Assembly: GCA_910592345.1 (NCBI GenBank)
Contig: CAJVPI010000217.1
Span: 1-41,893, forward strand
Reading direction: 5' to 3'
Length of the DNA: 41,893 bases
Source of the DNA: Paraglomus brasilianum
Lineage: Eukaryota
Position 1 is the stretch's first letter, and every line of letters starts with the position of its first letter. The notes below the pieces were generated by a model that was not told the origin of the DNA, made no database searches, and saw only the letters and a list, made by a program, of their open reading frames with translations. Below, piece after piece: positions 25,127 to 39,228 of this stretch. Position numbers and translations under genes: made by a program.

Positions 25127-27394
25127 ATGATGTTTAAAAGATCTTCTTCCACTCCGATCAGACCTGTTTCTGTTACAGAACATATTGATTACAATTGGCG
25201 AGCGCTATTCTCACCAACAGTAATGCCTTTCGAGCTTGGATCTACCATACATGACTCTTCTCACGATGTTACTTACAGATTGATACAGCCCTTGGGTAAT
25301 GGATCGTATGCTGTTGTATACATGGTCCACAGTAGCAAGGATAATAAATTGTACGCTCTCAAATGTTTGTCCAAAGCAAATTTGTCCGAATACCATTTGT
25401 CAGTGCAGAGAAATGAGGTAAGATACTTTATTATATTAAACAGCTGTTCTGACTGCTTGCAGTTGACTGATGTAATATTGTTCATTATTCCACGCCAGGC
25501 AACACTCCATCAACGACTTACTTCTGGTAGAGTCAAGCACGAGAATCTTGTCACACTTAACTATTCGTTCGAAACCAGAGATTGGCTATTCCTCGTTCTT
25601 GAATACTGTGAAGGTCAAGACCTATATTATTGGCTTACGCAGAGCAACAGCAACGATACGATCGCAAAACTCTACTACTCTTCACGAGCACATCTCGAAG
25701 TTGTGAAACAGATCTTTGAGCAAATCCTGGAGGCAGTCGGTCATTGCCATGACAACGATATTGCACATCGCGATTTGAAACCAGAGAATTTCATTGTCAT
25801 TACGAAGAATGGCAAAAATGGCAAAAATAGTATTCATGTGAAACTGACGGACTTTGGCTTGGCTACCGACGAGATTGAGTCTGTAGATTTCGAATGTGGT
25901 TCAAAGCCCTACATGAGCTACGGTAAGTACACCCGTGAATGCGATTTATGATGTTATTCATTACAAGCTTTTCGATATTAATCTCTTTGTAATTTGTACT
26001 CAGAATGTCGTAATCCCGTTCGCAAGACGTACAACCCGCGTCGGGCTGACGTTTGGTCATTGGGCATCATATTCTTGAATCTCTTGTACCATCGTTCACC
26101 GTGGACGGACCCTAATGAGACCGAATGCAAATCTTTTGCAGAATTTCAACTTGATAAAATCGCCTTCTTGAGGCAACGGTTTCCGACTATGCCCGAAAAA
26201 GTTGCCCGATTTTTAGCAGATCGCGTTTTCTGTTTCGAAGAGTCCCGTGTCAGCATTAAGGAATGGAAAATTTGGTGCAAGTATTTGGTAGAAAGGATGC
26301 TCTCGGAAGATGTTGACGAAGAACTTATCGTAACTGATGCTATCGTTACTAAGGAGTGGGCAGCTTCTGACTTTAATAAGACACCACTTACTGATAACTA
26401 TGAGAATCACGACCGGAAACAGTCGTGGTCCGATGCTGTTGATGAGGAATTCGAAGAGATGGATTTCTCTGCTCCTGTTATTTTCAACGACGATGAGGAC
26501 TTGCTTCGACTTGAAAAAGAGAAAGAAAACATCAAACAGAAAGATTCAAGAAAAGTTTCTTTTGAAGATCTCGAACATCCCACCAAGGATGAAGACGGTC
26601 TTTCGAATAGTAGCGATACAGACTCTGGTTTCGGTTCTGACGACGGTTCCACCAAGCGACGACCTCGTGATTATAGTTCGGGGTCTATGCGCATCCGAGA
26701 CAGGAATACTAACAAGGAGTCTTCTACAGTTTCTCAGGCAAAAGTCATTTACTGCAAACCTCGACCTTGGGGTGAGCAACGGGCTCGCGGACATCAGCGT
26801 GAAGCAGCTAATGACTACTCTACCAGTCCTAATAGCCATTGGTCATCCTACCATCAACGACGAGAACGTCTGGAACAAAGACGCAAAGAAAAGGAAGAAC
26901 AAGGACAACACGAGAAGCATCAGGAAAAACATCGTGATTGGTGGGGTCAAGAGCGTCTACCTGGGTCTGGATTCACTAACTTTAAGCAATCTGGTCATGT
27001 CGATAATCAACCCTCCTGGCCAGTTAACCATTCATTCCCTCGCCGCACTCGTGCTAAGAGCATTTCTCGTTCTCCAAATGAGAAATCATTTGTCAATACT
27101 GATGGCGCAACAGACCATGTTCGTCGGAGGGAATTACCTTTGGCCGCTCCGCTGAGATCCAGGGTCCCCCCCCATAACCATGAACCATATGCTGATCCTT
27201 CTTCGCCATCAAGATTTCCTCACAGGAGAAGTTCTGATAAGAGTCACCCGAACGCTCAGTCTGCGAATTATGTAGTTGAGGGTCCAAAGAAAGTCACCAA
27301 GACCACAAAACATTCGTTGGGTCGCATGTTAGAGAAGATGGTAATGTTTAATCGAAATGTCAAAGTTGGTGGACAAGCCATTGATGTTCAGTAG
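25127..27394 (+). CDS. Ser/Thr protein kinase, Ran1/Pat1-Ksp1 family; exons 25127-25417, 25499-25922, 26004-27394
   Basis: LGNGSYAVV, ALKCL, HRDLKPEN, KLTDFGLA, CGSKPYMSYECRN, ADVWSLGIIFLNLLYHRSPW; long charged, disordered C-terminal tail; GT-AG introns 25418-25498 and 25923-26003. Confidence 0.92.
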
Positions 27395-27793
27395 ATTCCA
27401 ATTTAGGTATGTGTTTATTTATTATCGCTAGTTGATCAAAGGCTTGAAAGACTCACATGCTAACTAAATTTTTTTAATATTTGCATTGCACATAATTAAT
27501 ACTACCCGAATCGTTTAGTCAATTATCTTCTTGTGATCGGTTTCTTTCTATATGCGTGTTTATGCAGTTGTTTGTTTCCCTCTCCATTCGTTGGATGGAT
27601 CATACTTCGACGAAGATAGTTTCATTTACAAATCACCCTACTTTTATACTACAACTTGAATATTTCATTGAGTTTTGTGTTGACAACAACTGGAGCGAAA
27701 AAGAAAATTGAGAAATAAAAAAAAATCAACAAAATAAAACAAATGTTCACAGATATTCTTTAAGAAATGCAAACGCAAAGCATGCGAGACTAA

Positions 27794-27857
27794 CTCTAAT
27801 ATTGTTCGAAATACATTTATTTGTTCTCTAATATTGTTCGAAATACATTTATTTGTT
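27794..27857. repeat. Perfect 32-bp tandem duplication between convergent gene ends
   Basis: ctctaatattgttcgaaatacatttatttgtt at 27794-27825 and 27826-27857. Confidence 0.95.
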
Positions 27858-27914
27858 GGTGTAATTGTACAAAATTTACCAGAAATGTACATAGATATAT
27901 TAATAGATCAATCA

Positions 27915-30768
27915 CTACTGAGTCTTCTTTGTAAACCCGTCTTCTTTATCACCCTGATACCCGGTATCCTCATCGACATGATGTACTTCAACACGCGGAA
28001 TGAGACCCCTTCCATTTACTTCCGAAAATGGTTTATCTCTAGGCAATTGAGTCAACGATTCTACTCTCATTGTCTCAGCACCGAAAGAGTTTGTACGACT
28101 ACGCGATGCCGAACTGGCTCCGCTGGCGGCCCACGAACTGGTTCTACTGCGTCCAGTAATTCCTCCATTTTGTTTATCCATAAAGAAGAATACGTCATCA
28201 TATTCTGAATCTGCGGCACGTTCCCAGTTGAAAACCTTATCATCAAGCCAGTTTACAGGAGAGCTGAAAAGACTCTGCCTATTTGGTGTCTTTGATCCTT
28301 GTTTGCTTGCTTGTATTATCCGCTCTGCGTCAAAGTCGTCGTATATCTTTGGGCCGTATTCATTTATGAGTGCAGTGAGATCTTGCGATAATTTTTCTCG
28401 TTCATGTCGTAGATTTTGAATAGATGGTTGATTTCCGGGTAGCAGAGAAAGGAACAATGGCCGTAATGATCTAATTCAGAACGAGAATTTTAATTCCGCA
28501 AGCGTTTTCATATCAAGCTTCATCGAATGCCACTACCTACCTATAGATATCGAGTCCAGTTTCAAGTAAACGCACTGTTGCATAGCTTCCAGTCATCATT
28601 AAGAAATAGGATAATATAGGACCGTATATCTTCCACTTTATTGGCCAATCATATTTGAATGATAGAAACAAGACAATAAACGCGTAGAATCCATACAAAA
28701 CAGGTGTAACTACAAGAGCGACGAGAACCTTCCATGTTGCTACTACGTCACGACCTGCAACTTTGACGGACGATGCAGCAACAGCCTCTACATAAAGAGA
28801 TATCATAGGACGCGTGTTAATCGTAGATTATACAATATGCACAGGCAACAACGCCTACTAACCTTTGGCCTTGTGACTACTTATCCAACGGGATATCAGT
28901 ACAATCGGGAGATTCAAAATGAAGCTAAAATATTCCATGTGTTAATGAGTGCTCATGTTAAAATTTTCAGACATGAAGATGGGAATTTACTTACCCAGGC
29001 AGGCCCAGGATAGTCCAAACTGATAGAATTAGTATTCTATATAATAAAAGACCGGCAGCTCTACCTCCACCCAACCCAGTCTTATTAACTTGATGATCCT
29101 TGAGACCATAATCTTTTAATAACTGGTTGTATTGCATGACTTTATTTCGTATCTCTTGTACTCTTGGATCATCTTTGAAATGTAAATATCCTTCGACAAA
29201 TCGACGATTCAATTCCACAACTTGAGATATAGGCAGTTTACGATGGGCTGGTTTATATAGCCGGCGCCCTGCTTGGATAACCTAAAAATTACAAAGCCGT
29301 CAGAATCAAAACGCGAGAGCCGCATATTTATAAAGAGCCGTTATATTTACCATAAGGGTTTCGTAATCTGGTGTATTTACGGTGACCGATACCAGGCCGT
29401 TATATATAGTATCCAGCAGTTTTCCACACGCTTCCCTCTTATCAGTACCACCCTTATTATACTTTTGTACTAGTTCTCTGGGTACTGATATCGGTGCACC
29501 AAACTCAACAACCGCACGTGATCGGAAATGGTGAGCATGGAAATAGTTGAGACCTTGTGCAAGTATTTGATATGTCAGTCATTTTTTGCTTACCGTTTCT
29601 CACCGATAGCTCATTATCGAATGAAAGTATAGCTCACCACAAGGGACAATCTTTACGTCAAGATTAGGGTTAGCAGCCATTGCACCGAGTGCCATTATTG
29701 ATACACCGGCTAAGCATCATACGAGTTATAAAAAAGAAGACAATACAATGAAACAATATGAAACATGAAATCAACAATCTTCTCTTTACACTTGATAAAA
29801 ATACCTTTCAATGGCATTATCTCGGTTCTATCATGGCTTCCACCTTCTGGAAATATTCCAATACATCTTCCGGCGTTCAACGTCTCGAATACGGCGTTAT
29901 ACACTTGACTTTGATCTATATGAGGTATGCAGTAATATTCGGATCCCTCCGGTTTCGTTAACATCTCCAACGCCTTCAGATCTTTGAATTCTTTCTTAAC
30001 AATCAATTCGGTATCTGATATGATCGTCACTACTTCGGAAATGCCCCGATTTTTGGGTAAACTAATCTGAGATCTAGCAGCCAATTCTTTAGTGAACCGA
30101 GTACCAATGCCAACAATGCGTGTAGGATCAGACTTTCTATCAAACAGCTGAATCTTTCCTGTGCCCGGCTTGGCGAGATCCTGAGGTCTGGTTACAGGAA
30201 CTAAGCAAAGTGTTTTGCATTACTTAATCAATTCGATAATAGCTGTATGAGGAAAATTCTTAATGGATTTAAGGATACATCATCTACTTACTAGCTTGTA
30301 ATGCACGCGCCATTGTACCAATATATTTACGTTTCATTGACTTTGCCGCTATAAGAAAAGAGACACGTCGACAACTGTGTCTCATAAGAATCAGTGGATC
30401 TACAAACTAGACAAGCATGAAGCAAACGTTATGATTATAATTTTCGTTCAATAAGTTTGATCGACGATCAGTGGAGAAATTCATTAATTCTCAGGGAAAG
30501 CTTATTGAATTCCATACATGCGTACAGTATAGAGTACTGAAACCAGTCTCTTACAGTCCACACATTATAGCATTGTTGTGTTTCTTTAAAGAAAGCAATA
30601 GCATGATATTTCATGTGCAATTACCTGATTGGCATGAGGCGCGGCAACAAATATGATAGGCCCTTCTGCGGGTATTTTATGAGAGCCCCGTGGTCTGATC
30701 TCCCGGAAGAATATATCTATAACGACGCTGAAGAAGAATACCACCAGATCGTAAAGTTGAAGACCCAT
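27915..30768 (-). CDS. SCT1: Glycerol-3-phosphate/DHAP sn-1 acyltransferase (SCT1/GPT2 type), multi-exon
   Basis: DIFFREIRPRGSHKIP, AAPHANQ|FVDP (HxxxxD), PVTRPQD, IGIFPEGGSHDR, LNYFHAHHFRSRAVVEFG, ELNRRFVEGY, GRDVVATWK; C-terminal TM helices. Confidence 0.95.
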
Positions 30769-33077
30769 TTTGGAAGAGACTTAAAATAGCCCCTGACGGG
30801 CAAGGTTGTGGGGATAATTCTAGTAGCACTACACAGTCACGAGCAAGACAGCTTGAAAAGTGAATATAAGCGAGAAGTAAGTAGCTAAGAATGAGGGTGA
30901 AATGTCTAGAAAGCTTGGTTTATACGGGACAGGCTAAGTATTGATATTGAAGAGCGTTGACCAATAAATGTTCGCATCAACCAATAAATCGAGTTGTTCT
31001 TGTGATAAATGTTAATGGAACAAAAAGACCCTGAGCAAACTTTTGGTTGACAAATCGTCGTAATCAGCACGCTCCTACCCCCCAATACGCTCTCATAGTG
31101 GCTAATTGGGTTACTTATTCGCTGCATTTGCTTTGAATGCAAAAGATGCATATTGTATCAGCTGCGCCCAAATGCGGCAACTTTCATGACCAAGAAAAGC
31201 ACGCGGAATGAATGATAAAAAAGTATTATTAGTAAACTAAGTAGACATTTGGCCAAGCACGTGATCATAAAATAAATAAAATATATTATTATATTTTTTG
31301 TTCGGAAAAATGCGTCTTCGAAATAAAAGACACCATCAGATATACAGGTCTAACCATACCAAGAACGATAAATGATTTGCGTTTCATTTTATGAACTGAG
31401 ACCCAGACCTGAAACGTTTGCAGTCCAACCAGTCCTTGAGGATATTGGCCCTACCAATGAAGCATTCGCGATAGATCAACATTTACACTCTTAATAAAAT
31501 ATGCAATCATGTTGCGGGAGTTAGAGCTCACATGTTTAATGAAAATAACGACGAAGATCGCTCACGATGTTGAAAAATGAGTTATCTGACGCTGGTGTTC
31601 AGGGTGAAATTTTTAATTTTTTTCATTACTTGTATTAGTATGTTTACTAATAGAATTATCACTATTCGATTTGTGTATATCCGCGTTTAAGAACTGAAAA
31701 AACCATATATATGTTACCACTGTATTAATTTGATTCTGCTTCAACAAACTTGCATAATTCGAAATAAAAACGACTGTTTTTATTAATTTTGTCGGAACAA
31801 CAACAACGCGACGGACCAGACTCCGGGCTGCAAGTCAAAATTCAGTATTTTCTGTGTCTAGCGATAGTAATAACACATGTTATTCCGAATTGCAATTACT
31901 CTGTTGGTATTCTACCAAGTTTTTTTTGTATTCTTAGAAGCACAGCCTGACAACATGTGTGCCAACTGTTATTTAGCGAGTAATAAGCCTGTCCTAATAT
32001 ATATCACGGTAAAGTTTTGTTTCAATTGAATAGTTTGGTCACAAATTTGACCGGCGGGACATTTTCAAAATTTAGTTCTAAAGCTTGGTCTTGTTTACAC
32101 GCTTGCGTCAATTAAAGCATATCTAATTCTTGAAGACGGCTCTTTTATCTCCTATTGTTGAGGTATAGACTGGTTAATACATAAAGAAATTGCATCGATG
32201 ATCGACGATACTCCAGCGTCTGTTTAACCTACAGCTAGATGTTACTCTAACTTCCGTAAGCTGGCTTATCTTAGTCTTGAGAAATAGACAGTTTCAGGCA
32301 GCACAATAGAACTATTATTAGAACAACTAATAAATTCTTAGTCGAAGAATAAAAGAGAATAAATTCACGCATATTCCTTATACGCGTATTTTTTTTCCAG
32401 CACTCCTAATAAATAAGATAATTGTAGACAATAAATTTAATTAATTTACTACTACTACGTATTAGTATCGGTGATTTGCGTCCTTGGCTACGGCGATCTA
32501 ATTAGGAAAGGTTAATTTGGTGAAAATTTCGCTATTACTAATAGCGATAGTGTTGATTTAAAATTTAAATGATTATGGGTTCGCTTAAAGATTTTACCAT
32601 ATATGATTCAATCGCATGCGCGTAATCATCATTCAACGTTGTCGTTACTATTACAAATATAGGACGTCCACCGACTTTTTATTGCAATAGAAAAACAGGG
32701 CTAAATTTCTACAATTGAATGTGGGATTAACGAAAAGTGCCAAATGACGGGGGCGAAAAGTGGGGTTTGAGGAGTCCAAAATGGCTGTGAGTAAACAGCG
32801 ACCACTGATGCTAAAAAAGGCCCCATATCGCAGAAAATACATAAATTAAAGTAATTACAGTATGCTACGTTACTTGTAACATATATTATCTGTGCGAAAG
32901 AGCAACTCATCTCATTAGTCGACTTGGAATTCATATATTCTATGATACCTTATTATTATCCCTTAAATAATTTCAACGATCGACAGCATTTCTCGTAACA
33001 GGATCATAAAAATATATCCTATTACAGTTTCATGGCCACTTTCTATCGTAGGACGTTTCAAGGATGCATCACGAGAA

Positions 33078-36000
33078 TTAAAACGAACTTTCATTTTCAA
33101 TCGCGGCCATTCCGGAAGACTGTGGATTAACGGCGGGTGTTGGTTCGCTAGCGCGGCTAGAACATTCGAGTCTGTGCGATAGACATTGATCGCAACCAGT
33201 AACTGGCCGTTTCCCACTAACTACTGAGAATATGATCCGTTCGAGGGAAGAATGAAATTCCTCTGTAGTTTTATACTTAAGCATCAGAGCATCTAAATTC
33301 TTATGTCTCGAGGAGTCTCCAGTATCGTAATACACAACAACCAGGGAATCGCTACTTGTCTTATTGAGGTCATCGTACAGAATTTGCATAAGACGTTCTA
33401 TATTTCGTTCCTTCAGGTAGTCCTTATACCTCACGGAATGAGGTTGTTCGCTCAGATCATTAAAACAATCAAAGACTTTCTCCTTCAAATCGGACTCGTT
33501 GATCGCGATTAATACCAGAAGCCGTATCAATCGAAGAATGATCTGTGAAATTTTCGGCAAAGAGATAACTGGCCAATAAATCTGGACTATATTAAATAAT
33601 TTAGAGAGAAGCCATCGAGCTTGATCAAGTGAGTCATCGAGCTCCTTGTAGTATTCGTCAATGCTTTCCTGTTTGGTATATTTGTACGGAAAGAGTACAT
33701 TGACGTTGAACTTCTTGTAATAATTAATCAAATGGCCTAGAGGAATGCAAAAATCGCAACATCCGGGCTTCGAAGCAAACACCAAAGAAGCCGTCAACTC
33801 TACAAGAGACGTAAGATCACCAAGAGACATGAGGTCTTTAAGTGAATCGGGCATAATAAGGTTTACTTTGTCGGTGTTGTCTATGGCATAACGGATAAAT
33901 GCATTTGCATGTCTAATTGCAAGTATTCCTTTGTCCTTTTCTAGATCGAAGAAAACCAGGGAGAGCAGCTTCCCAACTGTGATAAGTTCGCCTTCGTAAC
34001 AGATAAATCCAATTGGAGGATCGCTACTGACTAAAGGCCTTTTTGACACTTCTCGATGGAACTTGTCAAAATCTCCTTTTTTCCGTAACTGCTGATAAAG
34101 AAACATGTATTTTAACATGCCGGCAAAGTCATTTATCTTGAACTCATTCCCTCGCCATAGCAACTTATTATAGACAAAATCAATAAAATCCTTGCGTATA
34201 TAATCAGGTTGTCTGTCAACTATCTTCTGGACAACCATTGGATAACCTGTCTGTGGCGACTGAAGGCGAACATGAAGTTTAACTAGATACTCAGCCCACC
34301 ACTTTTGGTAACCAGCTTGTCGCTTATCGAGAAGTTCGTAATTATAAACTTCGTCTAGCTTTCGCAATTCTCGTAATTGTCTGGCTACGGTGTACTGAGA
34401 ATATGATAGCGTCAGACGATCGTATAAAACTGATTGCCCCGGTTTCGCATGGTGCGTTTCGCCATCTGGGTTTAGACATGATTGGTAGCAGATATAAGGA
34501 CCTATAATCGGAATTTCTTTACCCTTATTGCTAGCTTGCCGGATGAGCTCATAGACATAATTAGCAAGAGACTGTGCCATTGCTCGATCTATGTCATTTT
34601 TATGATAAATATGCCAATCACCCAGATCTTCTCTCTTTTTGGCCTGTAATCTGTCTACAAGTAGATTCTGAGAAAAAATTTGTCGCTTCAATGGGCGATC
34701 TTTCAGTTTGCTTACAGAAAAAACATACTCGAAAACCGTACAATCTTTTTCTTGTCGATCAGTATTTACAAAACGAACGGTCAACTCAGACAGCCTCAGC
34801 AGAAGCTGTAATCGTCTACACCAGTATTCAGCCTGAATATTATCATGTGGAACGTTCAGCCACATACTTATCGCGCAAAATTCGATCGCAAAGTTTTCGC
34901 GAGCTCTGAAGAATTGTATATAATCATAAATTTTGTCGAGGTCTCGATCCAAATAAGCTGAATATAATTGGACTTCTTTCAGAAGAATTGTCCACTGTGG
35001 GGACGTCATTAATCGTGGTGATTTAATTCCTCTAGTGAACTTGGTTTTGTCAAGTAAATCCAATAGCTTTTGTCGAGCATTTGAACTTGTATTATCCGTC
35101 ATTGCCTCCCTCAGTACGTTGATACTGCACAGATGCAGGATACAACGCAACGCTTTAATACTGTCTTCGTCATTTTTCGATTGGATAAAATAATCCGAGG
35201 CCTCTTTCAATTTACCAAACGAGTATTGGTATTCGGCAGCAAGGTGAAAGAGGCCCTTCTTTATATAGAAATCCAGAAGATCTTCCGGCACATACTCTTT
35301 TAGGAACTCGATTTGTTCCACTATTGTTGGAATAAGGGAGAGCGCCTCTTCACTCATGTTCGTTTCCTTATGACGATAATGTTTATAGACACGTGCTATG
35401 AAATCGTTAAGCGTCTTCTTGTCCAATTCTACTTTGTGCCTTGACATCGTAAAAATCATTTAAGTCTTGATTGCAGCTTTTCTCTCAAAGAATTAATAAA
35501 TGATATCAATCAATGATGCTTACCTTCGTGTCAATTCGAATATGGCATAATAATGACGACCGTTTTCATACGTATCAACAGCTTTAACGTATCTCTTCGC
35601 CTTTTCAAACTGTTTTCCTGCTTCGTCCCACATATGCGACTGACAATAACAGCTCGCAGCGAGGTCGTTCATGTCACATCTGGCATAAACATCACCAGCT
35701 TCTTTAAACATTTCAATATCCTAGTTTAAAAGTGCCAAAATCTTAGTATGATATCAACAACGTTATCCAAATTCTAAATTCTATACCTCATAGCATGAAG
35801 CTTCCTCAGACGGTTTGTTACAGCCATTAAAGGCAACAGCTGCACGTTTAAAATTCTCTCTTACAGCGTCCTCGTTAGAATCATTTATGGAGGTCCTAGC
35901 AAGCTCCCTAGCTTCCTGCCAAAGACAATGTGCATTGGCCAAGTCCTGACTTACTATATTTCCACTTTTTCCAAAGCAGAAAGCAGCCTGAAATAAATTC

Positions 36001-39000
36001 AGTTAGCTCCAGTACATTTATGCAATTAAATTAAGAACTTGTTTTATTTACCTGGACAAACTTTTTTTGTTCAAAAAACTCCGTTCCTTTCGCATCCCAC
36101 TCAAAGCTGTCACTTTGCCTTGCGAGGACCCGCAAGTCGATTTCGTCCACTTTTTGAACCCTATTTATTAATCCGCGCTGTTCCCAATATTCTTGTATTG
36201 GCTCACTCTGGTCGGCATTTTCATCACATATCCAAATGCGTTGCCGCGCTCTGGTTATCGCGACATAAAGATGTTTAAGTTCTGAAGAAAGGATATAATG
36301 TTTTTCGTGGGTATACGTTGGAATTCCCTCAGAGGAATTATCGAGTGCGGCAAGAATCATACGCCACTACAAAAACGACGAACTCGATGAATGAGTGTAT
36401 ACATTGTATTAGAAACGAGTATTAAGTCTTACCTTCAACCCCGCAGGTGAGTCTGTGAAGAAATTATACAATAATACATCGTTAAATTCCATGCCCTTTG
36501 ACTCGAACACTGTCATCACTATTCCACTATCGCCAATTAACTTTTCTACTTTGGGCTTAACTGTTTTATCACGGACTATAATAACTTGTTCAGCTCCAAA
36601 TTCAATTCTATTATCCTCCCCCTCCCCCTTTGAAAAAACATTTAAAAAGAAAGGGGTCGCCTGGAACCCACTAAAGACATTAGGCAGTGGGCCCCCCACT
36701 TCACCGCGTTCACACGATAACCGATCAATAGAATCGGGGAAAAAATGCCAAATGAGATCGATGACCGACGACGCAAGTTGTAGGATTCCATCGTGTGAAC
36801 GATAGTTAATATTCAATTCGAATTGCTTTGGTTTTACTGCATTGTATAATTCACGATATGTTTGTCTTCGGTCAATTTCCCATTGATACAACAAGGCGCG
36901 TATGTCTATACAAAACGTATAAAATTTAGGTTATTAATACAGCCGAACATAAAAGAAAGACTAAACTAAACCGTTCTTTACCCTGAAATCGAAAAGAAGA
37001 TCCTTGTGCGATGCATTGTGCTATATCTCCTGCCAAAAAAACGCTTTCAGCACGATCGAAAAGTTTTAGCATGAGGGAGAAATCCACAATGCTGTTATCC
37101 TGACATTCATCTATGTACAATTCATGAACATGCAAACAACCAAGTTGTTCTGTTTTGGCACGGCGTAAAATAGCTATCGTTCTACAAAATAAATTGAGAA
37201 TTTTAATTTAAAGTTTAAAATACTGTCAATCCACACCATCGCTCTTACCTATCGATAGAGTCATAATCATGAAACCGTGCCTTCATCTTTTCATAATGTT
37301 CAAATAAATCGTAAACTGAGTCGCGATTATAGCGAAAAGCTGGGTATTTTTTCGTGCTGACGTCTCGATATTCTTCCCTTGACAAAAAGACGCCCTCAGG
37401 ATTGGTGCCCTTAACGAGAACGAAAAAAAAAATCTAATAAAATGTTCGGTAGCTATGGAGATTATACATGATAACATACCTTGATGACAGAAATCTCGGA
37501 AAATACCATCCAACAATCTAACCCTTGTCTGCTGAAATGGGGCCAATACTTTTTCTGAAAGAGGTTAAAATCGATGTGATGCACCCAAGCTGCTTTAGAT
37601 TTCCTAGTAAAGGAAGACCCTCTGCAGAACTCGTCGTCATCATCTTCTTCGAGTTCTAATCGTGTGATCGATTCTTGAAAATCAATTTCATACGTCGCTT
37701 GCAGCATTTGAGCAAATATATCGTAGGTTATAAATAATGGAAAATGGTCGTCCGTCAATTGACGGAATGACATTGGAATGTCTCCATCTTTGTGCTTTGT
37801 GCTATTAGTAGTGACGTCGACGCCACCCTCTTTCTTCTTTATAAACTCAGAAAACTGAGATTCAGAAAGTTTTTTTCCGGCCAATTCCACGGAATCTTTC
37901 AGCCGATTGAAATAATCCTTGACCCGGAGACACAGGTTGGGGCTCATTGTGATGAATATCTGATTCTTGCGATAATTTTCTTCATCGCCACGTGCGGACG
38001 GCAAGTTACTAGGGTATTTTGGCAAACATGACGCAACTAAACGAAACACGATACAGGTGGTCTTTCCGGTCCCTAAATACCATATATATGTAATTTAGAG
38101 ACTATGAATGTCAGCCTTTCCGTAATAAAATGTTGGCAGCAAGAAGACTAACCAGATCGACCAATGATGATAGTTGATGTACGGTTTTGGATAATTTCAT
38201 ATTCGGTTTTAGATACTTGAAACGTAAACTCTGCACCGCCTGTAATAAGGGATTTAAACAAGCTCTGCAATACAAAATAATTAGACGTCTGTTGTTAAGC
38301 TACGTATTGTAAGATATAACATGATCGCCGTCTAATTTCATGGATAAGTACCTTCGATAATGGAATAAACTTATTCGTCACGAGCATTTTGTGCACCTCT
38401 AGTAGGCTCTCCCTGTTAATCATGGATGCACAGGGTATGTCCGTTACAGACTTTGTCTCTTCGTCACCATCAATAATGCATGGTAAAATGATGCCATTTT
38501 TGCCCGCCCGCCGAACTACACAAAGGCGATTGTGCTCGGCGGTATAAACTAGATGAAGTATCGCGAGACTTTCCAATGTCTTTTTGATCCGCTCATTGCT
38601 TGCACTAATCGCCCAGATTTTTACAAGTTGCGTGAGCGTATGGCTACGAGTGGAAAAGTCGCAGTCAACTTGCCAAAGAATTTTCAGACCGTCATTATTA
38701 GGAAGCACCTCATAGACAGGGTTAATAGTGGGTAATGGGGAAGTGCGTCTAAGTCTGTGCTTATCCCAAGCTCCCGATGATATTTGCCCCAGTTTTTTTA
38801 CAACAGCTTTTATTACAGACGATGACTTCAATTTTCTTATGTCCTTAATTGCACCTTCACTTAATATGACGTCCCAGGGACCCAACCCATCATTATCGTC
38901 AAATTCAAATGGAAGATGCAATTTTTCTGCCATCCTCGTTTCGTCTAATAATTTATTTTGAATACGCGTCTGTCACTAACTAAATAACTAATGCACGAGA

Positions 39001-39228
39001 AAGGACGGTGTTTTTTAGGAGAGTTTATTAATATAGAAATTTTTAATGTTGTTCGACTCGTACTTTAAACAAGAAAAGTTTGGTGTTTATTTCTTTGACG
39101 ATAATAAGCAAAAGCTTGTTGAAAAAGGAAGTAAAGCAAGTACTATGCCTACGTTCTTCAAAGCTTGCTCTATATAGTCGTCGAGAGAACGGTTCTTCCG
39201 GTGGGAAAATCCGTCTCATTTCATCCAT
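33078..39228 (-). CDS. TRANK1: TRANK1/LBA1-like large protein: RelE-like segment, UvrD-type SF1 helicase, TPR-like repeats and long helical C-terminus; 5' start uncertain
   Basis: Walker A GRS|GTGKTT split by intron 38073-38152; LYIDECQD, LAGDIAQCI, INYRSH, TVFESKGMEF, LYVAITRAR; TPR-like AAFCFGKSG and AASCY..WDEAGKQFEKA; exons from 38.97 kb down join in frame at GT-AG. Confidence 0.88.

Noticed and set aside
26337..27155. 272-aa overlapping ORF inside kinase exon 3
   Set aside because: Alternative-frame shadow with a non-ATG start and no motifs
31300..32300. Possible decayed gene between the acyltransferase and TRANK1-like genes
   Set aside because: No sustained reading frame or recognisable motif
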